From Candidatus Eiseniibacteriota bacterium (GTDB lineage Bacteria; Eisenbacteria; RBG-16-71-46), in contig JBBRLX010000005.1 of the NCBI GenBank assembly GCA_038231135.1, positions 123,339 through 187,338 of the forward strand: 64,000 nt of DNA. Reading direction: 5' to 3'. The position numbers were made by a program, and so were the translations under genes. This document shows positions 40,528-49,897 of the stretch, in pieces (within the stretch, counting starts at the first letter, position 1; every line of letters begins with the position of its first letter). Under the pieces are notes generated by a model. The model was not told where the DNA came from. It searched no databases and worked only from the letters and a program-made list of their open reading frames with translations.

Positions 40528-41025
40528 ATGCCCGAGTCCGCTCCGCACCCGATCGATCCCACCGTCACGATCGGCCACGCGCACCTCAAGGTCGCCGACA
40601 TCGATCGCACGCTGGCGTTTTATGTCGGCGTGCTGGGCTTCACGCTGCAGCAGCGCATGGGATCCGCGGCGGCGTTCGTGTCGGCCGGCGACTATCACCA
40701 CCACCTGGGCTTCAATACCTGGGAGAGCCGGGGCGGCGCGCCCCCGCCGCGGGGCGCGACCGGTCTCTACCACGTGGCGATCCTCTATCCCAGCCGCGCG
40801 GCGCTCGGCGACGCGCTGCGGCGCCTGATCGGCGCCGGCGTCGAGATCGACGGCGCGTCGGACCACGGGGTAAGCGAGGCGATCTATCTGCGCGACCCGG
40901 ACGGCAATGGTCTCGAGCTCTATCGCGACCGCCCACGATCCGAGTGGCCACGCGACGCGAACGGTGGCGTCGCGATGGTCAGCGAGCCGCTGGATCTGAA
41001 GGCGCTACTGGCCGACGCCGGCTGA
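40528..41025 (+). CDS. VOC family protein (glyoxalase / CatE-like)
   Basis: AGGAGG RBS; GHAHLKV, YHHHLG, DHGVSEAIYLRDPDGNG. Confidence 0.92.
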   Translation: MPESAPHPIDPTVTIGHAHLKVADIDRTLAFYVGVLGFTLQQRMGSAAAFVSAGDYHHHLGFNTWESRGGAPPPRGATGLYHVAILYPSRAALGDALRRLIGAGVEIDGASDHGVSEAIYLRDPDGNGLELYRDRPRSEWPRDANGGVAMVSEPLDLKALLADAG

Positions 41026-41818
41026 GCGGCGTTCGGCGGGCGTTCCGTCGTCTCGGTGAATTCCGTCGAGGACGTCGAGCCTCTGTGGCCTTTCCCGCTC
41101 CACAACTTCTTGAAGCCCGTGGCGCCACCGCTGCGTGCCCGGCGACCCAGATGAAATTCTTTCACGCCCCCGTTGTACGCGTTATCCCGCGGCGCATCGA
41201 TCCGATGCCATGGGCGCGGTTAAGCGATGAAAATACGTGCGCGACATCGAATTCTCGGAATGGTACGGAACCTGCGATAGGGCGATGCGAATACAGCGAC
41301 ACGCGGAACGTCGCCGGCTCACGCCCGCGACGGATCCCAAGGATTGCGCCGTGGCTCGCCGCTCGGCGGTCGAGCCGGCCCGCTACGCGGTGACCGGCAA
41401 CGGCGCATCCCCCGTCGGGGCGAGGTAGGGGGCTCCGACCGCACGCCGCCCATGCGGGCTCCACCTTCGGGCGGGGCCCTCGCGGCGCAGGGCGGCATCG
41501 GCGCGAACCGTCGCTCGCAAGGCCAACGGCGCCTTCGACGCAACTTCCATAAAATCAAGCATCTACGTAGGAACACGCAGTTTGCAACGTGTTAGCGGGT
41601 CTTTTATGACGCGAGAGTCAATTATCGAATCGACTGCCCGTGTGTGCATCCAATGTGTGCGCGGCCCGTGGATTCCAGTGCCTCGGGCGGCGCAGGAGAC
41701 CTGCTGATCGCGTATAGCCCGGCGAGACACCTTCCGTCGCTGGAGGGGATTCCCTGGCCGGGATCACGGATGCGAGCGGGTTTCCTTAAAGCTCGAACAG
41801 CTCGAAGAAGTTCATGGA

Positions 41819-41865
41819 GCGGAGTCCTTCCTGAATGGGGGTTCAGGCGGACTCCGTTTCCATTT
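41819..41865 (+). terminator. Hairpin with T-rich tail ending a long intergenic region
   Basis: CGGAGTCC..CCTGAA-TGGGGG-TTCAGG.GGACTCCG followed by TTTCCATTTT. Confidence 0.5.
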
Positions 41866-41891
41866 TCCGCGCCGACCGATACTCTCGCATC

Positions 41892-43325
41892 ATGGACGAT
41901 CCCCGGCGCAACGATCCCTGCCCGTGCGGCAGCGGGAAGAAGTACAAGCACTGCCACATGAACGCCGCCGCGGAATTCGAGCGGTTGCGCGAGCACTGCA
42001 TGGACGGCATGCGCATCGCTGTCGACTGGCTCGGCGACACCTACGAGCAGGCGAGCGGCGATGCGATCTCCGAGCAGTTCTATGCAGCGCTCGAAGACGA
42101 GGACATGGAGAAGCTCGAAGACAGCCCGGTCGAGCTGTTCGACGCCACCGAAGCGCTGGCCGAGGAGTGGCTGCTCGCCGAGGGCGCGATCGCGATCGGC
42201 GCCAATGGCGACGCGGTCGAACGGCGCGCCCATGATCTGGTGCTCGAATCCGGCGGTCCCGCGCTGTCCCCCGCGCAACGCGCGTTCATCGAGGAGTTGG
42301 GCCGGCGTCCGACGCTGCTGTACGAGATCGCCGGCATCGGGTCCGGCTCGCGCGTGACGCTGCGCGACCGGCTGTTCGCCGATCGGCCGCCGCTCGAGGT
42401 CTACAGCCGCTCGCTCGCCGCGCACGGCCGGCCGGGCGACCGGTTCCTGCTGCGCATCGTGATGCTCGACGGCACGTGGTGCACGTCGGGCACCGTGTGC
42501 CCGGTGGGCCCGTGGCTGCAGGGGCGTATCGAAGCGGACGCGCGCGCGTTGATCGTCGAGCTGGGGCTCACGCCCGACACCGCATTCACGCCGGACTCCG
42601 GGGGGGCGACGCTCGGCGACGTGTGCCGCGACCTGTGGCTGCTCGACGCGTTTCATCCCGTGGGGCCGCCGCAGATCGCAGATCGCGCGACCGGCGAGCC
42701 GCTGCTGCTGGTGAACGATTTCTACGATGTGCTGAACTGGACGCAACTCGCGGAGCGGCTGGCGGCGAAGCCCGACGTGGAGGGTGACGCCGCGGACGGC
42801 TGGAAGTGGCTGCGGCCCGCGCAGACTCCCGGCGGTCTGCGCAGCATCCGCTGGGCGCTGAACCGCGCCGAGGCGCCGGACCGGCTGCTGTGCTTCGGCC
42901 GCACGCTGCGCGCTGCGGACGAGGGCCGCGAATGGCTCGAGGCGCTGGCCGGCGACTGTGTCCGGCACCTGGGCCGCGAGGTCATCGACCCCCGCAGCCC
43001 GGCGGCGCTCGAGGAGTTCCGCCGCCGCGCCCAGTCCGAGCCCGCCGACCCGCTCGCGACGCTGTCCCCCGAGCAGCGGCGCGACGTGTTCCAGGAGGTG
43101 CACCACAAGCTGCGCGCCCGCTGGGCAGACGAGCCGATCCCGGTGCTGGGCAATCGCACGCCGCGCGAGGCGGTGACGACTCCCGCGGGTCGGGCCCAGG
43201 TCGAGCAGTTGCTGCGCGACTACGAGGCCGGCGAGGCCCGCCGCGCGAGCGCCGAGCAGCGCCCGCCGGTCGACATGGGGTTCCTGTGGCGCTCGGTGGG
43301 GCTCGAACCGGCCGCGCCGGTCTGA
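41892..43325 (+). CDS. SEC-C motif protein with C-terminal Xre/MbcA/ParS-like domain
   Basis: RNDPCPCGSGKKYKHC; W.DEPIPVLGNRTPREA. Confidence 0.82.
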   Translation: MDDPRRNDPCPCGSGKKYKHCHMNAAAEFERLREHCMDGMRIAVDWLGDTYEQASGDAISEQFYAALEDEDMEKLEDSPVELFDATEALAEEWLLAEGAIAIGANGDAVERRAHDLVLESGGPALSPAQRAFIEELGRRPTLLYEIAGIGSGSRVTLRDRLFADRPPLEVYSRSLAAHGRPGDRFLLRIVMLDGTWCTSGTVCPVGPWLQGRIEADARALIVELGLTPDTAFTPDSGGATLGDVCRDLWLLDAFHPVGPPQIADRATGEPLLLVNDFYDVLNWTQLAERLAAKPDVEGDAADGWKWLRPAQTPGGLRSIRWALNRAEAPDRLLCFGRTLRAADEGREWLEALAGDCVRHLGREVIDPRSPAALEEFRRRAQSEPADPLATLSPEQRRDVFQEVHHKLRARWADEPIPVLGNRTPREAVTTPAGRAQVEQLLRDYEAGEARRASAEQRPPVDMGFLWRSVGLEPAAPV

Positions 43326-43329
43326 GGCC

Positions 43330-46300
43330 TCAAACGCGCGCGACGGCCGGCTTGGGCGCGGGTTCGCGCGCCGGCTGGGGTTCGTCACGCTCCGCCGCCA
43401 CCCCGCGCGGGCTCCGCCGCCGGCTCAAACGGTGCTGGAACGCGTCGAGGTAGGTGTAGAACACCGGCGTCACGAACAACGTCACGATCTGCGAGAACGC
43501 GAGGCCGCCCACCACCGCGAGCCCGAGCGGGCGGCGCGACTCGGCGCCGGTGCCGAACCCGATCGCGATTGGCAGCGTGCCCATGAGTGCCGCGAGCGTC
43601 GTCATCATGATCGGCCGGAATCGCACGCTGCACGCCTCGATGATCGCGTCGCGCGCCGACTTGCCCTCGCGGCGCTCGGCCTCGAGCGCGAAGTCGATCA
43701 TCATGATCGCGTTCTTCTTCACGAGCCCGATCAGCATGATGATGCCGACGAACGCGTAGATCGTCAGCTCGGTGTGGAACAGCAGCAGCGTGAGCAGCGC
43801 GCCGAAGCCCGCGAACGGCAGCCCCGACAGGATCGTGATCGGGTGGATGAAGCTCTCGTACAGGATGCCGAGCACGAGGTAGATCACCAGCACCGCGATC
43901 ACCAGCAGCGCCAGCAGGCCCTGCTGACTGGACTGGAACACCTGGGCCGTGCCGGCGAAGCTGGTCGTCACGTTGGACGGCAGCGTCTCGCGCGCCAGCC
44001 GCTGCACGGCGTCCGTGGACGGGCCGAGCGAGGCGCCGGGCCGCAGATTGAACGACAGCGTGACGGCCGGGATCTGGCCCTGGTGGTTCACGCTCAGCGG
44101 CCCCACGTCGGGCGAGATGCGGGCGACGGCGCTGATCGGCACCAGTCCGCCGGTGCTGGTCGCGATGTACAGGTTCTGCAGCGCCGACAGGTCGCGCTGG
44201 TGGTCGGGCTGCAGCTCGAGCAGCACCCAGTACTGGTCGTTGGCCGTGTAGATCGTGGACACCTGGCGCGAGCCGTAGGCGTCGTACAGCGTGCTCTCGA
44301 TCTGCTGCGCCGACACGCCGAGCGCCGCGGCCTGGTCGCGGTCGATCTCGACGCTGACCTGCGGATTCTTCACCTGCAGGTCCGTCGTGACGTCGGTCAG
44401 GTCGGGCAGGTCCTTCATCTTCGCGAGCAGCGCGTCGGAGCCGGCATACAGCGCATCGGTGTCGGTGCTCTGCAGCGTGAACTGATACTGGCTCTTGGAA
44501 TTGCGGCCGCCCACGTTGATCGGCGGGGGATTCAGGAGATACACGCGGATGCCCGGGATCTGCGACAGCTTGGGCTGCAACTCGCGGATCACCTCGTCGG
44601 CCGACAGCCTGCGCTGGTTGCGCGGCTTGAGCCGGATGATGAGCCGGCCCTGGTTGGACGACGACGACGGGCCGCCGGCGCCGACCGCCGACATGAACGC
44701 GAGGATGTTCGGGTCCTTCTGAGCAATCGCCGCCACCTGCTGCTGGTGCCTGACCATGGAGTCGAACGACGTGCCCTCGGCCGTCTCGGTGGTGGCCGTG
44801 ATGCGATTCACGTCCTCGCTCGGGATGAAGCCCTTGGGCACCAGGATGAACAGCACCACGGTGCCGGCCAGGATCGCGAGCGAGAACACGAGCGCGACCG
44901 GGCGATGGTCCATGACCCACATGAGCGATCGTTCGTAGGAACCCAGCGTGCGCTGATAGAAGTTCTCGATCGCCATGTACGTGCGGCCGTGGTGCTCCTT
45001 GTCCTCGGTCGTGAGGAACCGGCTGCACAGCATCGGCGTGAGCGTCAGCGACACGAACCCCGACACCAGGATGGCCGCGCTGATCGTCACCGCGAACTCG
45101 TGGAACAGCCGGCCCAGCAGGCCGCCCATCAGCAGCACCGGGATGAATACGGCGACGAGCGAGATCGTCATCGACAGGATCGTGAAGCCGATCTCGCGCG
45201 AGCCCTCGAGGGCCGCGACCATCGCGGTCTTGCCCATTTCCATGTGACGGTGGATGTTCTCGAGCATGACGATCGCGTCGTCGACCACGAACCCCACCGA
45301 CAGCGTGAGCGCCATCAGCGACAGGTTGTCGAGGCTGTAACCCAGCGGCTTCATGAGCGCGAACGTGCCGATGATCGACAGCGGCAGCGCAGCACTGGGG
45401 ATGATCGTGGCGGGCAGGTTGCGCAGGAACAGGAAGATCACCAGCACCACCAGCAGCAGCGTGAGCAGCAGCGTGAATCGCACGTCCGACACCGACTTGC
45501 GGATCGATTCCGAACGGTCGTACAGCGTCGCGATCTGGACCGAGGCGGGGAGTTGGGGGCGCAGCTTGTTCAAGAGCGCCAGCACCGCGTTCGCCACCGC
45601 CACCGTGTTCGTGCCGGGCTGGCGCTGCACCGCCAGCACGATGGCACGCTGGCCCTCGTACCAGCTCGCCACCTTGTTGTTCTGAACGTCGTCCTTCACG
45701 TCGCCCAGGTCGCCGAGCCGAACCGGCGAACCATTGCGATAGGCGACGACGATGTTCGCGAAATCCTTCGCCTTCTGGAGCTGGCCGCTCGCCTGCACGG
45801 TGGTCGCGCGGTCCGCGCCCCACAGGATGCCGGTCGGCAGGTTGACGTTCGATGCGCTGATCGCATCGGTGACCTGGCCGATCGCGATGCCGCGCGCCGA
45901 CAGCGCCTGCGGATTGAGCTGGATGCGCACCGCATACTTCTGGGCGCCGAACACCGACACCTGCGCCACGCCGTTCACCATCGACAGGCTCTGCGCCAGC
46001 GTGTTCTCGGCGTATTCGTCGAGTTGCGACAGCGGCAGCAGTCTGGAGGTGAGCGCCAGGTACAGGATCGGCTGGTCGGCCGGGTTCACCTTCTGGTAGC
46101 TGGGTGGGATGATGCCGGTCGGCAGCGACCGCAGCGTCTTGGCGATCGCGGCCTGCACGTCCTGCGCCGCCGCGTCGATGTTGCGGTCGAGCGTGAACTG
46201 CAGCGTGATCGACGTGCTGCCCTGGTTGCTCGACGACGTCATGGCATCGAGTCCCGCGATCGTCGAGAACTGCTTCTCGAGCGGGGTCGCGACGGCGGAC

Positions 46301-46479
46301 GCCATCGTTTCGGGGTTGGCGCCCGACAGGCTGGCGTTCACCGAGATCACGGGATAGTCGACGTTCGGCAGGTCGCTCACCGGCAACTGGGTGTACGAGA
46401 CCATGCCGAACATCAGGATGCCGATCATGACCAGGGTGGTCATCACCGGCCGGCGGATGAAGATTTCGGACAGGTTCAT
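43330..46479 (-). CDS. RND efflux permease (MdtB/MdtC-like)
   Basis: FIRRPVMT, GFVVDDAIV, VKKNAIMMIDFA, RFRPIMMT. Confidence 0.96.
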   Translation of the reverse strand: MNLSEIFIRRPVMTTLVMIGILMFGMVSYTQLPVSDLPNVDYPVISVNASLSGANPETMASAVATPLEKQFSTIAGLDAMTSSSNQGSTSITLQFTLDRNIDAAAQDVQAAIAKTLRSLPTGIIPPSYQKVNPADQPILYLALTSRLLPLSQLDEYAENTLAQSLSMVNGVAQVSVFGAQKYAVRIQLNPQALSARGIAIGQVTDAISASNVNLPTGILWGADRATTVQASGQLQKAKDFANIVVAYRNGSPVRLGDLGDVKDDVQNNKVASWYEGQRAIVLAVQRQPGTNTVAVANAVLALLNKLRPQLPASVQIATLYDRSESIRKSVSDVRFTLLLTLLLVVLVIFLFLRNLPATIIPSAALPLSIIGTFALMKPLGYSLDNLSLMALTLSVGFVVDDAIVMLENIHRHMEMGKTAMVAALEGSREIGFTILSMTISLVAVFIPVLLMGGLLGRLFHEFAVTISAAILVSGFVSLTLTPMLCSRFLTTEDKEHHGRTYMAIENFYQRTLGSYERSLMWVMDHRPVALVFSLAILAGTVVLFILVPKGFIPSEDVNRITATTETAEGTSFDSMVRHQQQVAAIAQKDPNILAFMSAVGAGGPSSSSNQGRLIIRLKPRNQRRLSADEVIRELQPKLSQIPGIRVYLLNPPPINVGGRNSKSQYQFTLQSTDTDALYAGSDALLAKMKDLPDLTDVTTDLQVKNPQVSVEIDRDQAAALGVSAQQIESTLYDAYGSRQVSTIYTANDQYWVLLELQPDHQRDLSALQNLYIATSTGGLVPISAVARISPDVGPLSVNHQGQIPAVTLSFNLRPGASLGPSTDAVQRLARETLPSNVTTSFAGTAQVFQSSQQGLLALLVIAVLVIYLVLGILYESFIHPITILSGLPFAGFGALLTLLLFHTELTIYAFVGIIMLIGLVKKNAIMMIDFALEAERREGKSARDAIIEACSVRFRPIMMTTLAALMGTLPIAIGFGTGAESRRPLGLAVVGGLAFSQIVTLFVTPVFYTYLDAFQHRLSRRRSPRGVAAERDEPQPAREPAPKPAVARV

Positions 46480-46510
46480 CGCGGGTTCCGCCCGGGTTCG
46501 AACTGCATGA

Positions 46511-47653
46511 CTACTTCTTCTGCGGCCCTGAGCCGGGTGTGCGCATCATGACCTTGGCGCCGGGGGACAGCCGGAGTTGTCCGTCGGTCACCACCTGCTC
46601 GCCGGGCGCGAGGCCCGACTGGATGACGGTGATGTCGTCCACCGTGCGCGAGACGACCACGGTGCGCGGGGCGACGGTCGAATCCGGCTGCACGACGTAC
46701 ACGTACGCGCCGCTCTGGCCGAACGTCACGGCCGCCGACGGCACCACCTTCGCCGCGCGGTCCTCGTAGAGCACCAGCCGGACATCGAGGAACTCTCCGG
46801 GCACGAGCCGCCCGTCCGCGTTCGGGAACTCGCCCTTGAGCGTCAGCGTGCCGCTCGCGGGATCGACCGCATTGTCCACGAACACCAGCCGGCCCGTGAA
46901 GTGCGAGCTGTCGGAGCCTGACGCGGTCGCGATCACCCGGGGCGAGCCGTTACGATAGCGCTGGACCGCGGCCACCTGGTTCGCGGGCACCGTGAAGCGT
47001 ACGAGGACCGGGCGAATCTGGTTGATCGTGACGAGTGGGTCCGAGGTGCCGGACTTCACGTAGTCGCCCTCGTGCACCATCAGCCGGCCGGTGCGGCCGC
47101 CGATCGGCGCGCGGATCGACGCGTACTCGTAGTTGATGCGCGCGGTGGTGGCTACGGCGGAATCGGCTCGCACCGTGGCGGCCATGGATTCGGACGTGGT
47201 GCGCTTCTGGTCCCAGTCCGACTGCGACAGCACGTTCTGCCCGACGAGCTTGGCGGCGCGCTCGGCGTCGAGCCGCGCGGCCTCCGCCTGCGCGCGATCC
47301 TTGGCCAGCATTGCCTGGGCCTGGACCAGCGTGGCGTGGAACGGGCGCGCGTCGAGCAGGAACAGCACCTGGCCCTTCTGCACCTCGGCGCCCTCGCGGA
47401 ACGTGACCCTGGTGATGATGCCGCCGACCTGCGAGCCGACCGCGGCCGTCTGCACCGGTTCGACCGTGCCCGTGGAGCCGAGCTCGAACGGAACCGTGCG
47501 CTCCTCGACCGGTGCGACCGTGACGGGCACGCGGGGAGTGCGCGGCTTGGGTTTGGCGCTGCAGCCCGCGGCCGTCACGAGCAATGTCATTGCGATCAGC
47601 AGACTCGTGCAGCGACGCAGGCGCGAAACGGCATGGGGTTGCATAGGGGTCAT
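46511..47653 (-). CDS. RND periplasmic adaptor (MFP; start uncertain)
   Basis: Lipobox AAGC, SQVGG, IRAPIGG, VDPASGT, VVTDG. Confidence 0.92.
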   Translation of the reverse strand: MTPMQPHAVSRLRRCTSLLIAMTLLVTAAGCSAKPKPRTPRVPVTVAPVEERTVPFELGSTGTVEPVQTAAVGSQVGGIITRVTFREGAEVQKGQVLFLLDARPFHATLVQAQAMLAKDRAQAEAARLDAERAAKLVGQNVLSQSDWDQKRTTSESMAATVRADSAVATTARINYEYASIRAPIGGRTGRLMVHEGDYVKSGTSDPLVTINQIRPVLVRFTVPANQVAAVQRYRNGSPRVIATASGSDSSHFTGRLVFVDNAVDPASGTLTLKGEFPNADGRLVPGEFLDVRLVLYEDRAAKVVPSAAVTFGQSGAYVYVVQPDSTVAPRTVVVSRTVDDITVIQSGLAPGEQVVTDGQLRLSPGAKVMMRTPGSGPQKK

Positions 47654-47812
47654 CGAATACGAATCCAGGTTCACGGTTCGAGAACAGGCCTCAGCCCCGC
47701 CCGCACGGCGGGTGCAGCCTTTCATACGTGCGGCAGGCAGGCTGCCCACACATCGGTGAAATCTATCGAAGCCGCGTCCGTGCCGAGTCACGGAGCTGTT
47801 AGTCATGGACTG

Positions 47813-48961
47813 TCAGTGATCTCCGTGCGGATTCGTCCATGCGCCGGTGGCGTGGCGCACCGTGCCCAATGCGAAGCTGGCCGATAATCCGCCGCCGAAG
47901 CCGAACAGTCCGAACTTGCGGCCCGTGGTCAGCGCCTCGGGATGCAACGCCAGGGCCAGCGGGATCGAGGCGCTGGTGGTATTGCCATAGCGCCCGGCGC
48001 CGCTCACCACGTCACCGCGGAAGCCGCGCTCGCGCCACACCGACAGGATCGATCCGTTGAGCACGAGATTCGCTTCGTGCAGCGCCGCGAAATCGAGATC
48101 GCCGATCTGCCAGTCGGCCTTGGCGAGCGCGGCATCGATCGCCGGTCCGCCCATGAACGGCACCAGCGACTTGCGAACGCCGGCGCCGTCCATCGCCAGG
48201 CGGTGCCGGCCGAGCTCGAGCGCTTCCGGCGTGATCGTCGGAGTGCGCGAGCCGCCCGCGGGGGTCAGGATCAGCGCGGCCTGGCTGCCGTCGAGCCAGC
48301 TCCAGAACTGCTCGGGCGCGAACCAGTCCTCGGCCTCGGGCACCGCCGAGCACAAGGTCGCAGTGCCCGCGTCGCCGAGCACCGTCGCGAAGCCGCGATC
48401 GCGCCAGTTGATCGCGGCGCTCATCCGGTCGGCGCCGATCAGCAGCACCCGCTGGGCGAGGCCCGAACGGATGAGCGCGTAGCTCATGGTGAGCGACGCC
48501 ACCCAACTGCTGCAGGCGAGCGACACGTCCGCACCCTTGATCTCGCGGGGCACCGGCCCCTGCCACACCGGAATGCCCAGCTCGTGCTGGATCAGCGCGG
48601 CGTCGGGGGGGCTATAGAGATAGGACGGCGTCACGCTCGCGAATACGATCGCGTCGATGTCGGCGGCGGCGCGGCCGGTCTTGTCGAGCAACTGTTTCGC
48701 CGCCTGGGTCGCCAGGTCGATCGTGGCTTCGCCGTCGGCCGAGAACCGGCGCTCGCTGAATCCGATGAACCGCCGCACCCAGCGATCGCTGGTCTCGTAG
48801 AGCTTCGCCTCGTCGGCGGGGAGCGGCGTCCCGATGCCCGACCGGCGGCGGACCCGCATGCGCTCGAGGCGCAGCCGGGCGGCGACCTTCGCGTTCGACC
48901 AGACATGCGCGGGTACGTACCCCGAGATCCCCTCGATCCGCATGCCATACACATTCGACAA
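47813..48961 (-). CDS. 3-oxoacyl-ACP synthase III (FabH-like)
   Basis: ACSS, LGDAG, LHEAN, GNTTSAS, FGGG; Cys-His-Asn triad intact. Confidence 0.88.
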   Translation of the reverse strand: MSNVYGMRIEGISGYVPAHVWSNAKVAARLRLERMRVRRRSGIGTPLPADEAKLYETSDRWVRRFIGFSERRFSADGEATIDLATQAAKQLLDKTGRAAADIDAIVFASVTPSYLYSPPDAALIQHELGIPVWQGPVPREIKGADVSLACSSWVASLTMSYALIRSGLAQRVLLIGADRMSAAINWRDRGFATVLGDAGTATLCSAVPEAEDWFAPEQFWSWLDGSQAALILTPAGGSRTPTITPEALELGRHRLAMDGAGVRKSLVPFMGGPAIDAALAKADWQIGDLDFAALHEANLVLNGSILSVWRERGFRGDVVSGAGRYGNTTSASIPLALALHPEALTTGRKFGLFGFGGGLSASFALGTVRHATGAWTNPHGDH

Positions 48962-49183
48962 GAATCGTCCTCCGCTCAGCAGCGCGTCACCGTGTTGTGA
49001 ACAACGCGGCAGTCTAGCCCAAAACCCCGGCGTTGTTGAATCGCTTGTCCGCGTGAATTCATTGCGGGCACGGTTCTTGTAGCGGATACAAGTGACTGAC
49101 GCAACCCTTACACGATTCCGGCTACGAACTCATTACCCGGGCGCGTTTCCGCCTCATTCCTGTGTGCCACGCGAGTCACGACG

Positions 49184-49200
49184 TGGCACGGAAGGTGCCA
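49184..49200. promoter_or_regulatory. Palindromic sigma54-like / regulator site
   Basis: TGGCAC-GGAAG-GTGCCA fits GG-N10-GC on both strands. Confidence 0.45.
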
Positions 49201-49289
49201 TTCTGAGACAGCAGACGGGTTTGCACCGGCTCGGCGTCCATTGCCGGTGCGGCGAGACCCCTGACCTGGGACGCTTGCGGGAGAACCTC

Positions 49290-49439
49290 ATGCTCTGGAC
49301 GATCGCAGTTCTGCTGTTCCTGATGTGGCTCGGCGGCATGGTGTCCAACTACACGATGGGCGGATTCATTCACGTCCTGCTGCTGCTGGCGATTGCGTCG
49401 GTGCTGATTCGCGTCATCCAGGGGCGCCGCCCCGTCTGA
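49290..49439 (+). CDS. lmo0937-family small membrane protein
   Basis: MLWTIAVLLFLMWLGG...GGFIHVLLLLAI...IQGRRPV. Confidence 0.9.
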   Translation: MLWTIAVLLFLMWLGGMVSNYTMGGFIHVLLLLAIASVLIRVIQGRRPV

Positions 49440-49449
49440 CCGCCGACCG

Positions 49450-49477
49450 GAGGGGCCGCCCTGGGCGGCCCCCCTCG
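49450..49477 (+). terminator. GC hairpin
   Basis: GAGGGGCCGCCC..GGGCGGCCCCCCTC. Confidence 0.5.
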
Positions 49478-49585
49478 ATCCAAAACGCCCGCGTGCTCCG
49501 GACCCCGGACTCTGGCATGATGGGGCGAATCGAGACGTGAGTGGCGGTGCGTTCGCTCCGCCGCGGCCCATCCACCCTGGAGCAC

Positions 49586-49810
49586 ATGACCATGCCGGGA
49601 AAAAGCCGACCGAGTTTTCTCAAGCGACAGAAAGAACAGGCGCGCAAGGCGAAGGCCACGGAGAAGCGCGAGGCGCGCCGCGCCCGCAAGGACCAGCGGG
49701 GTGACGAGCAGTCCGGAATCGTGCCCGAGATGATGGCAGAAGGTGAATTCGGAGTCGACGAAGGCGCTGTGACCGAAACCATCGAGGACGCGCACTCGGA
49801 AACGAACTGA
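49586..49810 (+). CDS. Small hypothetical protein, basic N-half and acidic C-half
   Basis: GGAG RBS; SFLKRQKEQARK..KREARRARK. Confidence 0.75.
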   Translation: MTMPGKSRPSFLKRQKEQARKAKATEKREARRARKDQRGDEQSGIVPEMMAEGEFGVDEGAVTETIEDAHSETN

Positions 49811-49897
49811 CGGCCGCCGGTTTCCCCAGTCCCCACGTTTTCGAACAGGCGATCCGACACCTGGTGCCGGGTCGCCGTTTTGCGTCCCTGTCCAGGG

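Noticed and set aside
41571..41586. sigma54-like GAACACGCAGTTTGC
   Set aside because: Lacks the invariant -24 GG.
43432..46551. 1039-aa + strand ORF
   Set aside because: Antisense shadow of the RND permease.
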